Assembly: GCF_900103715.1 (NCBI RefSeq)
Contig: NZ_FNHL01000001.1
Span: 445,295-477,294 of the forward strand
From: Halogranum gelatinilyticum
GTDB lineage: Archaea; Halobacteriota; Halobacteria; Halobacteriales; Haloferacaceae
DNA: 32,000 nucleotides
Reading direction: 5' to 3'
The notes beneath the pieces are model-generated. The model saw only the letters and a list, made by a program, of their open reading frames with translations. It had not been told where the DNA came from and did no database searches. Each line of letters begins with the position of its first letter. Positions within the stretch are counted from its first letter, which is position 1. Both the position numbers and the translations under genes were made by a program. Shown here piece by piece: positions 15,776 through 23,390 of the stretch.

Positions 15776-17722
15776 TTAGTCGTCCTGTGCCTCGGTCCGG
15801 GCCTGCCGCCGACTCGCCCGCTCGATGAACTCCTCGGGGAGTTCGTCGATTTCGCCGGCCTGCACGCCCCAGAGATGTGCGTAGAGACCGTCCTCGGCGA
15901 GCAGGTCGTCGTGGCCGCCGCGTTCGACGATGCGGCCGTCTTCGAGGACGACGATCTGGTCGGCGTCCTTGATTGTCGAGAGGCGGTGGGCGATGGAGAA
16001 GGTCGTCCGGTTTTTGGTCAGGCGGTCCAGCGACCGCTGGATGAGCATCTCCGTCTCGGTGTCGACGTCGGAGGTGGCCTCGTCGAGCACGAGGATCTCG
16101 GGGTCCTTGAGGATGGCGCGGGCGATGGAGAGCCGTTGACGCTGGCCGCCCGAGAGTTTCACGCCGCGTTCGCCGATTTCGGTGTCGTAGCCCTCGGGGA
16201 GGTTTTGGATGAACTCGTGGGCCTCGGCGGCCTTCGCGGCCTCGACGATGTCGTCGTCGCTGGCGTCGAAGGTCCCGTAAGCGATGTTCTCCTTGACCGT
16301 CCCGTAGAACATGAACGTCTCCTGGCTGACGTAGCCGATGGCCTGTCGGAGGCTGGGGATGGTCACGTCTCGCAGGTCCTGGCCGTCGACGCTGATGGCT
16401 CCCTCGTCGACGTCGTACATCCGCAAGAGGAGTTTGAGTACGGTCGACTTACCCGCTCCCGTCGGGCCGACGAGCGCGAGCGTGTCGCCGCCGTCGACGG
16501 TGAAGGAGATGTCCTCGATAATGGGGTCCGCGTCGTCGTCGCCGTAGGCGAACGAGACGTCGTCGTACTCGACGCGGCCGCGGGAGACGACGAGGTCCTC
16601 AGCGTTGGGGTCCTCGGCGATGCGCGACGGTTCGTCCATCAGGCCGAAGATGCGGGCACTGGAGGCACGGGCACGCTGGTACATGTTGATGATCTGCCCG
16701 AACTGCGCCATCGGCCAGATGAACTGCTGGGTGAGCAGGATGAACGTGACGAACTGCCCCTCCGAGAGGTCGCCGGTGAGCGGGCCGGGGCCGGTACCGT
16801 TGATGACCCACAGGCCGCCGACGAAGAAGGTCACGGCGAAGCCGATTCCCGCGATGATGCGGAGGGCAGGGAAGAACTTGATGCGGGTGTTGATGGCGTC
16901 CCAGTTGGCGTCGAAGTAGCCCATCGAGGAGTCGTCGACGCGGTCGGACTCGAAGTCCTCCGTGTTGGAGGTCTTGATGACCTGGATGCCGCCGAGGTTG
17001 TTTTCCAATCTCGAGTTGAGCTGTCCCACGGAGGAGCGAACTTCGCCGTACTTCGGCTGGATAATCTGGACGAACTTCCAGGTGAACAGTGCGATGAGCG
17101 GGACGGGCACGAGCGCGATGAGCGCGAGTTGCCAGTTGTAGGAGAAGAGGATGGCCGCGATGGCGAGCACCATCACCGACAGGCGGAAGAAGGAGTTCAT
17201 CCCGTCGTTGAGGAACCGCTCCAGGCGGTTGACGTCGTTCGAGAGGATAGACATCATCTCGCCGGTCTGCTTGTCGGCGAAGAAGTCCATGTTCAGCCGC
17301 TGCATCTTGTCGTACGTGTCGGTCCGGATGGCGTGCTGGATGTTCTGCGCGAAGGAGTTCCAGCCCCAGTTGCGGATCCAGTGGAAGGCCGCGCCGCCGA
17401 AGAAGCCGACCACGATGAGACCGATGGCGAAGTAGAACTGGCCGATCTCCGTCGCGGGGACGAACGGTTCGACCCACGCGGTCGGCAGGACGGGCAGTGC
17501 CTCGGCGAAGGACTTCTCGTCGCGGAAGACGGCGTCGACGGCGACGCCGAGGATGACCGGCGGGATGAGGTCGAGGACACGGGCGGCGACGCTCGCGAGG
17601 AACCCGACCACGAACTGGAAGACGTTGTCGCCCCCGTACTCCGAGAAGAGTCGGCGCATGGGGTTTTCGGCCCGTTCGCGTTGGGCTTCGAACGGGTCGT
17701 CTTCGTCGGTGGAGAGACTCAT
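15776..17722 (-). CDS. ABC exporter with fused permease and ATPase (MsbA/MDR type)
   Basis: 648-aa ORF. A six-TM N-terminal domain is followed by Walker A GPTGAGKST, the signature LSGGQRQR and Walker B ILVLDEATS. Confidence 0.9.
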   Translation of the reverse strand: MSLSTDEDDPFEAQRERAENPMRRLFSEYGGDNVFQFVVGFLASVAARVLDLIPPVILGVAVDAVFRDEKSFAEALPVLPTAWVEPFVPATEIGQFYFAIGLIVVGFFGGAAFHWIRNWGWNSFAQNIQHAIRTDTYDKMQRLNMDFFADKQTGEMMSILSNDVNRLERFLNDGMNSFFRLSVMVLAIAAILFSYNWQLALIALVPVPLIALFTWKFVQIIQPKYGEVRSSVGQLNSRLENNLGGIQVIKTSNTEDFESDRVDDSSMGYFDANWDAINTRIKFFPALRIIAGIGFAVTFFVGGLWVINGTGPGPLTGDLSEGQFVTFILLTQQFIWPMAQFGQIINMYQRARASSARIFGLMDEPSRIAEDPNAEDLVVSRGRVEYDDVSFAYGDDDADPIIEDISFTVDGGDTLALVGPTGAGKSTVLKLLLRMYDVDEGAISVDGQDLRDVTIPSLRQAIGYVSQETFMFYGTVKENIAYGTFDASDDDIVEAAKAAEAHEFIQNLPEGYDTEIGERGVKLSGGQRQRLSIARAILKDPEILVLDEATSDVDTETEMLIQRSLDRLTKNRTTFSIAHRLSTIKDADQIVVLEDGRIVERGGHDDLLAEDGLYAHLWGVQAGEIDELPEEFIERASRRQARTEAQDD

Positions 17723-17824
17723 TACACACTCGCCGAGGCGAGCGGGGAAAAGCCATTCCCTACGAACCGAAACAGATCGGTACGGCGTTCGGCAACCGGC
17801 GTCGCTTCGGGTGGACCCAGCGTG

Positions 17825-18091
17825 CTACACTACTCGCGACTCGACCTCGGGGTCGACTCCGGCTTCGGCCAAGTCCTGGCGAATCCGCGTCCTGAGAGGG
17901 TCGGGAACGGTATCGCGGCCGACTGGCACGGCGGTCTCTCCGTCACCCTTCACCTTCCAGTAGAGGACGCAGTCGCTCGGTTCGTAATACTCGATACTGT
18001 AGTGGTCGTCGGCACCGCGGTAGTGGACGCGCGCGGCGAACCCTTCGGCCTGCCAGCCATCGAGGGCGGCGAGTGCCTCGGCGTTGCTCAT
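17825..18091 (-). CDS. Small hypothetical protein
   Basis: 88-aa ORF with typical codon bias and acidic composition. No family is recognised. Confidence 0.5.
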   Translation of the reverse strand: MSNAEALAALDGWQAEGFAARVHYRGADDHYSIEYYEPSDCVLYWKVKGDGETAVPVGRDTVPDPLRTRIRQDLAEAGVDPEVESRVV

Positions 18092-18128
18092 ACGTCGGCT
18101 CGGTTCGCCAGACAGGAGGGGGTTTCGG

Positions 18129-18647
18129 TCACTCCTCGCTCGTCTCTCGGTCGGCGATTTCGACGGTGTCGCCGACTTCGATGCCGTAGTCGGTCGTGTA
18201 GTCGTACGGGACTTCGAGGACGTACTTCCCAGTGCCGCGGTACCGCGTCAGGTCGTCGTCCTGCTCCTCCAGCGGTGCGTGGTGGATGGCCGTGATGGTG
18301 CCGTTGGCGTCGATGAAGACGATGTCGATGGGGAAGGCCATGTCCCGCATCACGTAGGCGTGGTCGCCTTCGGCGTCGTGGACGAACAGCATCCCCTCGT
18401 CGGTGTCGAGCGATCCGGTGTCGCTCAGGCCCGTATAGCGCTTCTCGAAGGTGTCGGCGATGCGGACGTCGACGGTCGCGAGCGTGTCGCCGTCAGCGTC
18501 GTCGACGACGGTGACCGTGGTTCGATCGTAGTCGCTCCCGGACAGGTAGCCGAGGTCGTACGCGGCGACGCCGCCGACGGCGAGGACGAGGACGACGGCA
18601 AGGGCGAGCGTAGTCCGTGAGGGCATACGAGAAACGACGTGCGACAC
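18129..18647 (-). CDS. DUF192 domain protein with an N-terminal membrane anchor or signal
   Basis: GMLFVHDAEGDHAYVMRDMAFPIDIVFIDANGTITAIH is the DUF192 (COG1430) core. The start could instead be the internal Met at 18626. Confidence 0.75.
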   Translation of the reverse strand: MSHVVSRMPSRTTLALAVVLVLAVGGVAAYDLGYLSGSDYDRTTVTVVDDADGDTLATVDVRIADTFEKRYTGLSDTGSLDTDEGMLFVHDAEGDHAYVMRDMAFPIDIVFIDANGTITAIHHAPLEEQDDDLTRYRGTGKYVLEVPYDYTTDYGIEVGDTVEIADRETSEE

Positions 18648-18710
18648 GGGAGTAAGCGTTCCGGAGCAGAAAGTAACCGTTATGAGTCGCGGCCGGATTT
18701 GTCGTGGTAC

Positions 18711-18784
18711 GGGCTCGTGGTCTAGCTGGTTATGACGCGGCCTTTACAAGGCTGAGATCGGTGGTTCGACTCCGCCCGAGCCCA
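18711..18784 (+). tRNA. tRNA-Val (TAC)
   Basis: A hand-folded 74-nt cloverleaf: acceptor GGGCTCG/CGAGCCC, anticodon arm CGGCC-TTTACAA-GGCTG, T arm GGTGG-TTCGACT-CCGCC, discriminator A. Confidence 0.9.
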
Positions 18785-18885
18785 CTTCTGCCGACACAAT
18801 ACGACGAGCGCAGCGAGGAGTCTGTGTCGGCTGGGTGGGCGACGCGGGGCGAACCCTGCAAGACGAACGTAGTGAGTCTTGCTCC

Positions 18886-18907
18886 GGTTCGACTCCGCCC
18901 GAGCCCA
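18886..18907 (+). repeat. Exact 22-nt copy of the tRNA-Val 3' end (copy 2)
   Basis: GGTTCGACTCCGCCCGAGCCCA is identical to 18763-18784. The 5' half of the T stem is not conserved, so this is not a functional tRNA. Confidence 0.95.
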
Positions 18908-19002
18908 TGATTCTGTGGCGAACAGCGTGAGTCCAGAATCATCTACGTGAGTGGTAGAGTCGAAGCAGGGAACGAAACGAGCGACGCGAGTGGAGTGACC
19001 GC

Positions 19003-19024
19003 GGTTCGACTCCGCCCGAGCCCA
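19003..19024 (+). repeat. Exact 22-nt copy of the tRNA-Val 3' end (copy 3)
   Basis: GGTTCGACTCCGCCCGAGCCCA is identical to 18763-18784 and 18886-18907. The three copies are 123 and 117 bp apart. Confidence 0.95.
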
Positions 19025-19149
19025 TCAGATTTTGTGACGAACCGAACGGTGAGTCACAAATCTGTGCCGAGAGAGCGGTCCAATCCCACAAGACGAACCA
19101 CCGACCGGAGAGAAAACACCTTAGTCCGGTCGCTGTGGCAAGGTAAACG

Positions 19150-20964
19150 ATGACAGACTCCGACCGAGAGGGAGCACACCAGGACGCCGACGCCCACGGG
19201 AGCGACGTCCCCGCCACAGGCGAGGTCGTTCCGGATATGTTCTCCTCGGACCAGGTGTTCCAGCGTATCGTCATGGACGCGGACCACGAAATCACCTCCA
19301 GCGTCCGCGAGCTCTTCTTCGCGGCCGTCGCCGGGGGCTTTGCGATCACCATCACGTATCTGTTGTACGCGTCGATGACCGCCAAGACCGGCGGATCTAT
19401 CGCCGCCGTCTTGCTGTATCCCCTCGGTTTCATCTACATCATCATCGGCGGCTACCAGCTCTACACCGAGAACACGCTCCCGCCGGTGGCGTTGACACTG
19501 GAGCGTCTCGCCAGCGTCCCGAGACTGCTCCGACATTGGCTGGTCGTGCTCGCGGGCAACTTCACCGGCGGGGCAATCGGTGCCGTCGTGCTCGCCTACG
19601 GCGAAGTGTTCAGCCCCGAAGCCGCGGCGGTCGCCGCCGACCTGGCACAGAAGGGCATCGCGACGTCGCCGACGGCACTCTTCTTCAAAGGTGCCTTCGC
19701 CGGGCTGATCGTCGCCGGTGTCGTCTGGATGAACTTCGCGGCCCGCGACACCGTCTCGCGGGTGCTCATCGTCTATCTCGCGTTCCTGGCGATCCCGCTC
19801 GGAAATCTCTTTCACGTCGTCGTCTCCTTCACCGAGTCGGTTTATCTGATGCTCGTCGGCGGTCCCGGTCTCTTCGTCTCGATGACTGAGTTCGTCATCC
19901 CCGTCTTGCTCGGTAACACCATCGGCGGCGTCCTGTTGGTCACCGTCGTCAACTACTACCAGACCAGCGAACGCCGTCTCGACGTCGAGCACTTCGAGAA
20001 CGTCCGTCGGCTCTCGACCAGAGAGTGGCTGCTCGGGAACCTCGCGGGCCGGTCGTACGTCCCCGTCGTCGACACGCTCGGCGATTTCGTCCGTGACCCC
20101 GACTCCTTCCGTATCCTGGTCCCGGTCGCGAACCCCCGGACAGAGGGCCCCATCGTGGAGTTCGCCTGCGCGCTTGCGAGCGTCCACGAGAAGAGTACCG
20201 TCCACGCCGTCCACATCGTCCAGACGCCCTCTCGGGTCTCACCCAAGGCAGACGGTCACCACCGTCGCATCCTCCGGGAGTCCGCCGACCTCATGGACGA
20301 CGTCGAACGGCGCGTCGAGGGCTACGACGTCAACTTCGAGACCTCGACCATCGTCTCCTCGCGCTCGTTCGAGGAGGTCTTCGACCGCGCGCGTCGGACG
20401 CGTCCCGACCTCGTCGTCATCGGCTGGGGCGACGACCGCCTGTGGAACGCCGCCCGCGCGGAACGGCCGCTCGACGAGCTGACCAACCGGCTGCCCTCGG
20501 ACTTCCTCGTGGTCAAAGACCGCGGACTGGACACCTCGCGCGTGCTCCTGCCGACGGCCGGTGGACCGGACTCCGGTCTCAGTGCCGACGTCGCTCGGGC
20601 GCTTCAGTCGTCCGTCGGAGCCGAGGTGTCGCTGCTCCACGTCGTCGGCCGCGGCGAGCGCGAGGCGGGCGAGGCGTTCCTCGCCGACTGGGCGGCCGAA
20701 CAGGGTCTCGACGACGCGACGCAGTTCGTCGACGACTCCGGCGACGTCGAAGCGGCGATCAAGCGCGCGGCCGACGACCACTCGCTGGTGCTCATCGGCG
20801 CGACCGAGCGCGGACTCCTCTCGCGACTCGTCACGGACTCGCTCCATCTCGACGTCGTCAACGAGGTCGACGCCTCGGTCTTGCTGGCCGAACGCCCCTC
20901 CAGTCGGCCGCTGACCGAGCGGCTGTTCGGCCGCGGCCGCCGCGAGAAACGGAAACGGCCGTGA
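19150..20964 (+). CDS. Formate/nitrite transporter (FNT) family channel fused to two universal stress protein (UspA) domains
   Basis: 604-aa ORF. The N-terminal roughly 280 aa is a polytopic FNT-like domain (GGFAITITYLL..., LAGNFTGGAIG, LGNTIGGVLLV). The C-terminal half holds two USP-like units (FRILVPVANP...VHIVQ and RVLLPTAGGPDS...LLHVV). Confidence 0.75.
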   Translation: MTDSDREGAHQDADAHGSDVPATGEVVPDMFSSDQVFQRIVMDADHEITSSVRELFFAAVAGGFAITITYLLYASMTAKTGGSIAAVLLYPLGFIYIIIGGYQLYTENTLPPVALTLERLASVPRLLRHWLVVLAGNFTGGAIGAVVLAYGEVFSPEAAAVAADLAQKGIATSPTALFFKGAFAGLIVAGVVWMNFAARDTVSRVLIVYLAFLAIPLGNLFHVVVSFTESVYLMLVGGPGLFVSMTEFVIPVLLGNTIGGVLLVTVVNYYQTSERRLDVEHFENVRRLSTREWLLGNLAGRSYVPVVDTLGDFVRDPDSFRILVPVANPRTEGPIVEFACALASVHEKSTVHAVHIVQTPSRVSPKADGHHRRILRESADLMDDVERRVEGYDVNFETSTIVSSRSFEEVFDRARRTRPDLVVIGWGDDRLWNAARAERPLDELTNRLPSDFLVVKDRGLDTSRVLLPTAGGPDSGLSADVARALQSSVGAEVSLLHVVGRGEREAGEAFLADWAAEQGLDDATQFVDDSGDVEAAIKRAADDHSLVLIGATERGLLSRLVTDSLHLDVVNEVDASVLLAERPSSRPLTERLFGRGRREKRKRP

Positions 20965-21054
20965 CCGGCGCGACTCCCCCAGCTGTGCGGTCTGCGGCTG
21001 CCGTAACCGCGCAGGATGGCGTTGTGCCTCTCCGCCGATGTGCGGGGCCGTAGC

Positions 21055-21097
21055 GGCCATCGAGGCCATCAGGGCCATCCGGACTCTCGTGGCCATC
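21055..21097. repeat. Short GGCCATC repeat, 3 tandem 9-bp units plus 1 spaced copy
   Basis: The sequence is ggccatc ga ggccatc ag ggccatc cggactctcgt ggccatc, in the intergenic region after the FNT-USP gene. Confidence 0.7.
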
Positions 21098-21173
21098 AGA
21101 CATTTACTCCGACAGACCCGAATCCGGGTATGGATAGTTGGGAGAGGCATCTTCGGGCAACGGAAGGAGACAG

Positions 21174-21749
21174 ATGACGAGCAAGACAGCCGTCTTCGGT
21201 GTCGTCTTGCTCGTCGTCACCGGCGGGCTCGCGGGCGCGTTCGCCCTCGGCGTCAACCCGATCGACATCATCTCTAGTCCGACTTCCAACGGCAGTGTCG
21301 GCGGCGATACCGGCGGCACCAGTGACACCGGCGACACGGCTTCGGACGGCAGCTCCACGGGTGACACGGGGTCCAGCAGCGAGACGGACAACAGTACAGC
21401 CGACAGCGGGAGCGACACGCCGAGCTTCTCCTTCGTCGTCCAGAACATCGAAGAGTGCGGGACGACCTGCCGTGACGTGACCGTGGCGGCGACGAACCAG
21501 ATGGACGACACGGCGACGAACGTCGAGGTCGAGACGGTCATCTCCGCCGACGGCGACCAGCTCTGGACGGGAACGGAGTCCTTCACGGAAGTCGACGCTG
21601 GCGAGAGCAAGACCCGGACGAAGCGTGTCAAACTGGGGTATCTCGAAGCCGCGAAGGTACAGAACAACGACGGCTACATCACCGTCACGACCACCATCAC
21701 GTGGGACGGCGGCGAACAGACGTTCAGCGAACGCCGAAAAGTCGCATAA
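21174..21749 (+). CDS. Hypothetical membrane-anchored extracellular protein with a Ser/Thr/Gly/Asp-rich linker
   Basis: The ORF is trimmed to the ATG at 21174 (MTSKTAVFGVVLLVVTGGLAGAFALG), which is preceded by GGAAGGAGA. A low-complexity TGDTxS linker is followed by a beta-rich domain. Confidence 0.6.
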   Translation: MTSKTAVFGVVLLVVTGGLAGAFALGVNPIDIISSPTSNGSVGGDTGGTSDTGDTASDGSSTGDTGSSSETDNSTADSGSDTPSFSFVVQNIEECGTTCRDVTVAATNQMDDTATNVEVETVISADGDQLWTGTESFTEVDAGESKTRTKRVKLGYLEAAKVQNNDGYITVTTTITWDGGEQTFSERRKVA

Positions 21750-21808
21750 GGCGCGGCGGTTCAATTCCGAAATCCTTTTCCAACAGTCCGGCATCGGTTT
21801 GGGTGTAA

Positions 21809-21882
21809 GCCGCCTTAGCTCAGACTGGGAGAGCACTCGACTGAAGATCGAGCTGTCCCCGGTTCAAATCCGGGAGGCGGCA
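21809..21882 (+). tRNA. tRNA-Phe (GAA)
   Basis: A hand-folded 74-nt cloverleaf: acceptor GCCGCCT/AGGCGGC, anticodon arm CTCGA-CTGAAGA-TCGAG, T arm CCCGG-TTCAAAT-CCGGG, discriminator A. Confidence 0.9.
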
Positions 21883-22018
21883 TCATTCTACGGCCGACTA
21901 CGTGAACGAGCGGAGCGAGTGAGCCGCCGGCCGGGACGATACGACGAGAGCGGATTTGAATCAGACGAGTCGCAGTGCCGAGCGAAGCGAGGCGACCGTC
22001 TCGGCGATGTTCACAATT

Positions 22019-22032
22019 CGGGAGGCGGCATC
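22019..22032 (+). repeat. 14-nt exact copy of the tRNA-Phe 3' end, followed by T5
   Basis: CGGGAGGCGGCATC is identical to 21871-21884. With one mismatch the match extends to AAT(C/T)CGGGAGGCGGCATC. TTTTT lies at 22036-22040. Confidence 0.8.
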
Positions 22033-22145
22033 CCTTTTTGCCCTGAACCTCGCTCGAGGGAAGACACCGCATTACAGCGATTTGGCCCCCCTTCGGCCGA
22101 TTAGCTTTCATCCCTAATTCACTCGCGTTAGTTCCGAATCAACGC

Positions 22146-22769
22146 TTAGTCGTCGGTCACCAACACTGCTCCGCGCATCCCAAGGAGGTTGTAATCGAAC
22201 CCACTCTCATCGCGGAACGGGTAGCCGTGCGGGGAGCAGTAGTAGAGGTTCGTTCCCACCTCTTCGAAGGTAAATTCGTACGATTTGTCATCGCCTGCCA
22301 GGAACATCTCGCTGGCGAACTTGTGGGTACCTCCATCTTTTTCGAGGGATGCGACATCGTGCGGCCATGGCGCGTCCACGGGGAATCCAAACGGATTGGA
22401 TGGCCACGGTTCACCAGTCCAGACCCATTTCACCTTCGTCCCAGGTGAGACCTTGACTACACGAGGGGAGAACGCAAAGGGCCCCACCTGACCCGGAGGT
22501 GCTCCCGGAAGATCGATCGAGGTGATCGTGCCGACTTCCACCTCGACTGTTCCCTTCCCCGTCTGGTCAGAGATACCGCCACTCCAGATTGGGGGTTTCT
22601 TGAATTGGGCTTTGTCGTTCAAGAACGCCCCGATGCCGTTGCCATTCCCGAACCCTCGGCCTCGGCCTCGGCCCGCGCTTGCAGCACCACTGAAGAGGAC
22701 GGCTCCTGCGACACCTGTTCCGAGGGTTTTCAATACGTTTCGCCGATTTACTCGTGGTACTTTTTCCAT
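22146..22769 (-). CDS. Halocyanin-like type-1 copper (cupredoxin) protein with a Tat signal
   Basis: The ORF is trimmed to the ATG at 22769 (MEKVPRVNRRNVLKTLGTGVAGAVLFSGAASA). The cupredoxin pattern is FSPRVVKVSPGTKVKWVW...PHDV...YYCSPH...GMRGAVLV. G+C is visibly lower than in neighbouring genes. Confidence 0.7.
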   Translation of the reverse strand: MEKVPRVNRRNVLKTLGTGVAGAVLFSGAASAGRGRGRGFGNGNGIGAFLNDKAQFKKPPIWSGGISDQTGKGTVEVEVGTITSIDLPGAPPGQVGPFAFSPRVVKVSPGTKVKWVWTGEPWPSNPFGFPVDAPWPHDVASLEKDGGTHKFASEMFLAGDDKSYEFTFEEVGTNLYYCSPHGYPFRDESGFDYNLLGMRGAVLVTDD

Positions 22770-22866
22770 GGTCTTGTACTGGTTCGTCAGCCATCGAGGT
22801 CTGCCACAAACGCCCTCTCCAGGAGGTATGGCCATCACAAACCTAATGATTAATTGCTATAGAAGT

Positions 22867-23148
22867 ATATAAACACAATCTGCGATTTGGCAGAATGAGC
22901 CATCTTCAGTCAACGCACCATTCTCGAACGGCCTGAGACGGTAGTGATAGCCCTGTAGCGTTGTTTCTGCATCCTCGTCACGCCGTTGTGCGAGGAACAT
23001 CTCTTTCGCGTCTGCGGGAGCGATGGGTTCGAGAGAGCGCGGCTCTCTCGTGATACCAAAAATCGGAGGTTTTCGAGCACGACCGAACTGTGTGCAGTGT
23101 CTCGATTCTCGAACCGCCAGAACGACGGAAATCGTCTGCTAAGCAGAG
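22867..23148 (-). pseudogene. Truncated N-terminal fragment of a tyrosine recombinase (phage-integrase family)
   Basis: A minus-strand frame not in the ORF track (it has no usable start codon) is open from 23148 to the stop at 22867-22869. It reads ...REPRSLEPIAPADAKEMFLAQRRDEDAETTLQGYHYRLRPFENGALTEDGSFCQ.... This resembles the LEPxxPxxAxExYLxxRxxExxxxTLxxYxYRLxxF N-terminus I recall from haloarchaeal integrases. No catalytic domain follows. Confidence 0.5.
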
Positions 23149-23390
23149 TCTGTTGGGGTCTGCAACCGCGCGATAGATTGCCACGGGACGACTCCAAATC
23201 GTGGCGCAGACGGTCGAAACAGCCGCCTGTGAACAGTTGAACTGTGCTGAACGGACCGATGTCTCCGTTCTTATCTCAGTCGATCCGTCGTTACCGTTTG
23301 AACTGTCCTGTCGGTACATTTCACAGGTAGATTACCACGGTTGTAACTAACCACAATCATGGCGCAAGTAGCAGGTGGAGCAACTCAACA

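Noticed and set aside
15617-18295. 892-aa plus-strand ORF, the longest in the window
   Set aside because: It is antisense to the well-supported ABC exporter (15776-17722), to 17825-18091 and to part of DUF192. Its composition is Arg/Gly/Val/Asp-rich with no motifs. This is a typical shadow ORF of high-G+C DNA.
18763-19024. Possible CRISPR array (regular repeat-spacer layout at the tRNA-Val locus, with similar layouts at tRNA-Arg and tRNA-Phe)
   Set aside because: The repeat is the tRNA's own 3' end. There are only 2-3 copies, the spacers are 90-135 bp and related to each other, there is no leader, and there are no cas genes in the window.
19054-20214. 386-aa minus-strand ORF
   Set aside because: It is antisense to the FNT-USP gene and runs through the tRNA-Val repeat array. 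It has no membrane or domain features and is a shadow ORF. The same reasoning applies to 5916-6845, 20239-21150, 21096-21836, 23746-25356, 27480-28157 and 30678-31754.
20858-21103. 81-aa minus-strand ORF starting MSDGHESPDGPDGLDG over the GGCCATC repeat
   Set aside because: Most of it overlaps the 3' end of the FNT-USP gene in antisense and is Arg/Ala-rich. The DG-repeat N-terminus is just the translation of the short DNA repeat.
21751-21775. T-arm-like sequence GGCGGTTCAATTCCGAAATCC just upstream of tRNA-Phe, as another tRNA fragment
   Set aside because: It only resembles GGTTCAAATCC. The 3' half of the stem and the acceptor are missing, and no cloverleaf can be drawn. It is too short and degenerate to call.
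22910-23319. Track ORFs 22910-23197 and 22978-23319 (minus strand) and 22986-23240 (plus strand) as real genes
   Set aside because: All are Arg/Ser-rich with no recognisable motifs. The third minus frame carries the integrase-like sequence, so these are most likely out-of-frame artefacts over a pseudogene.
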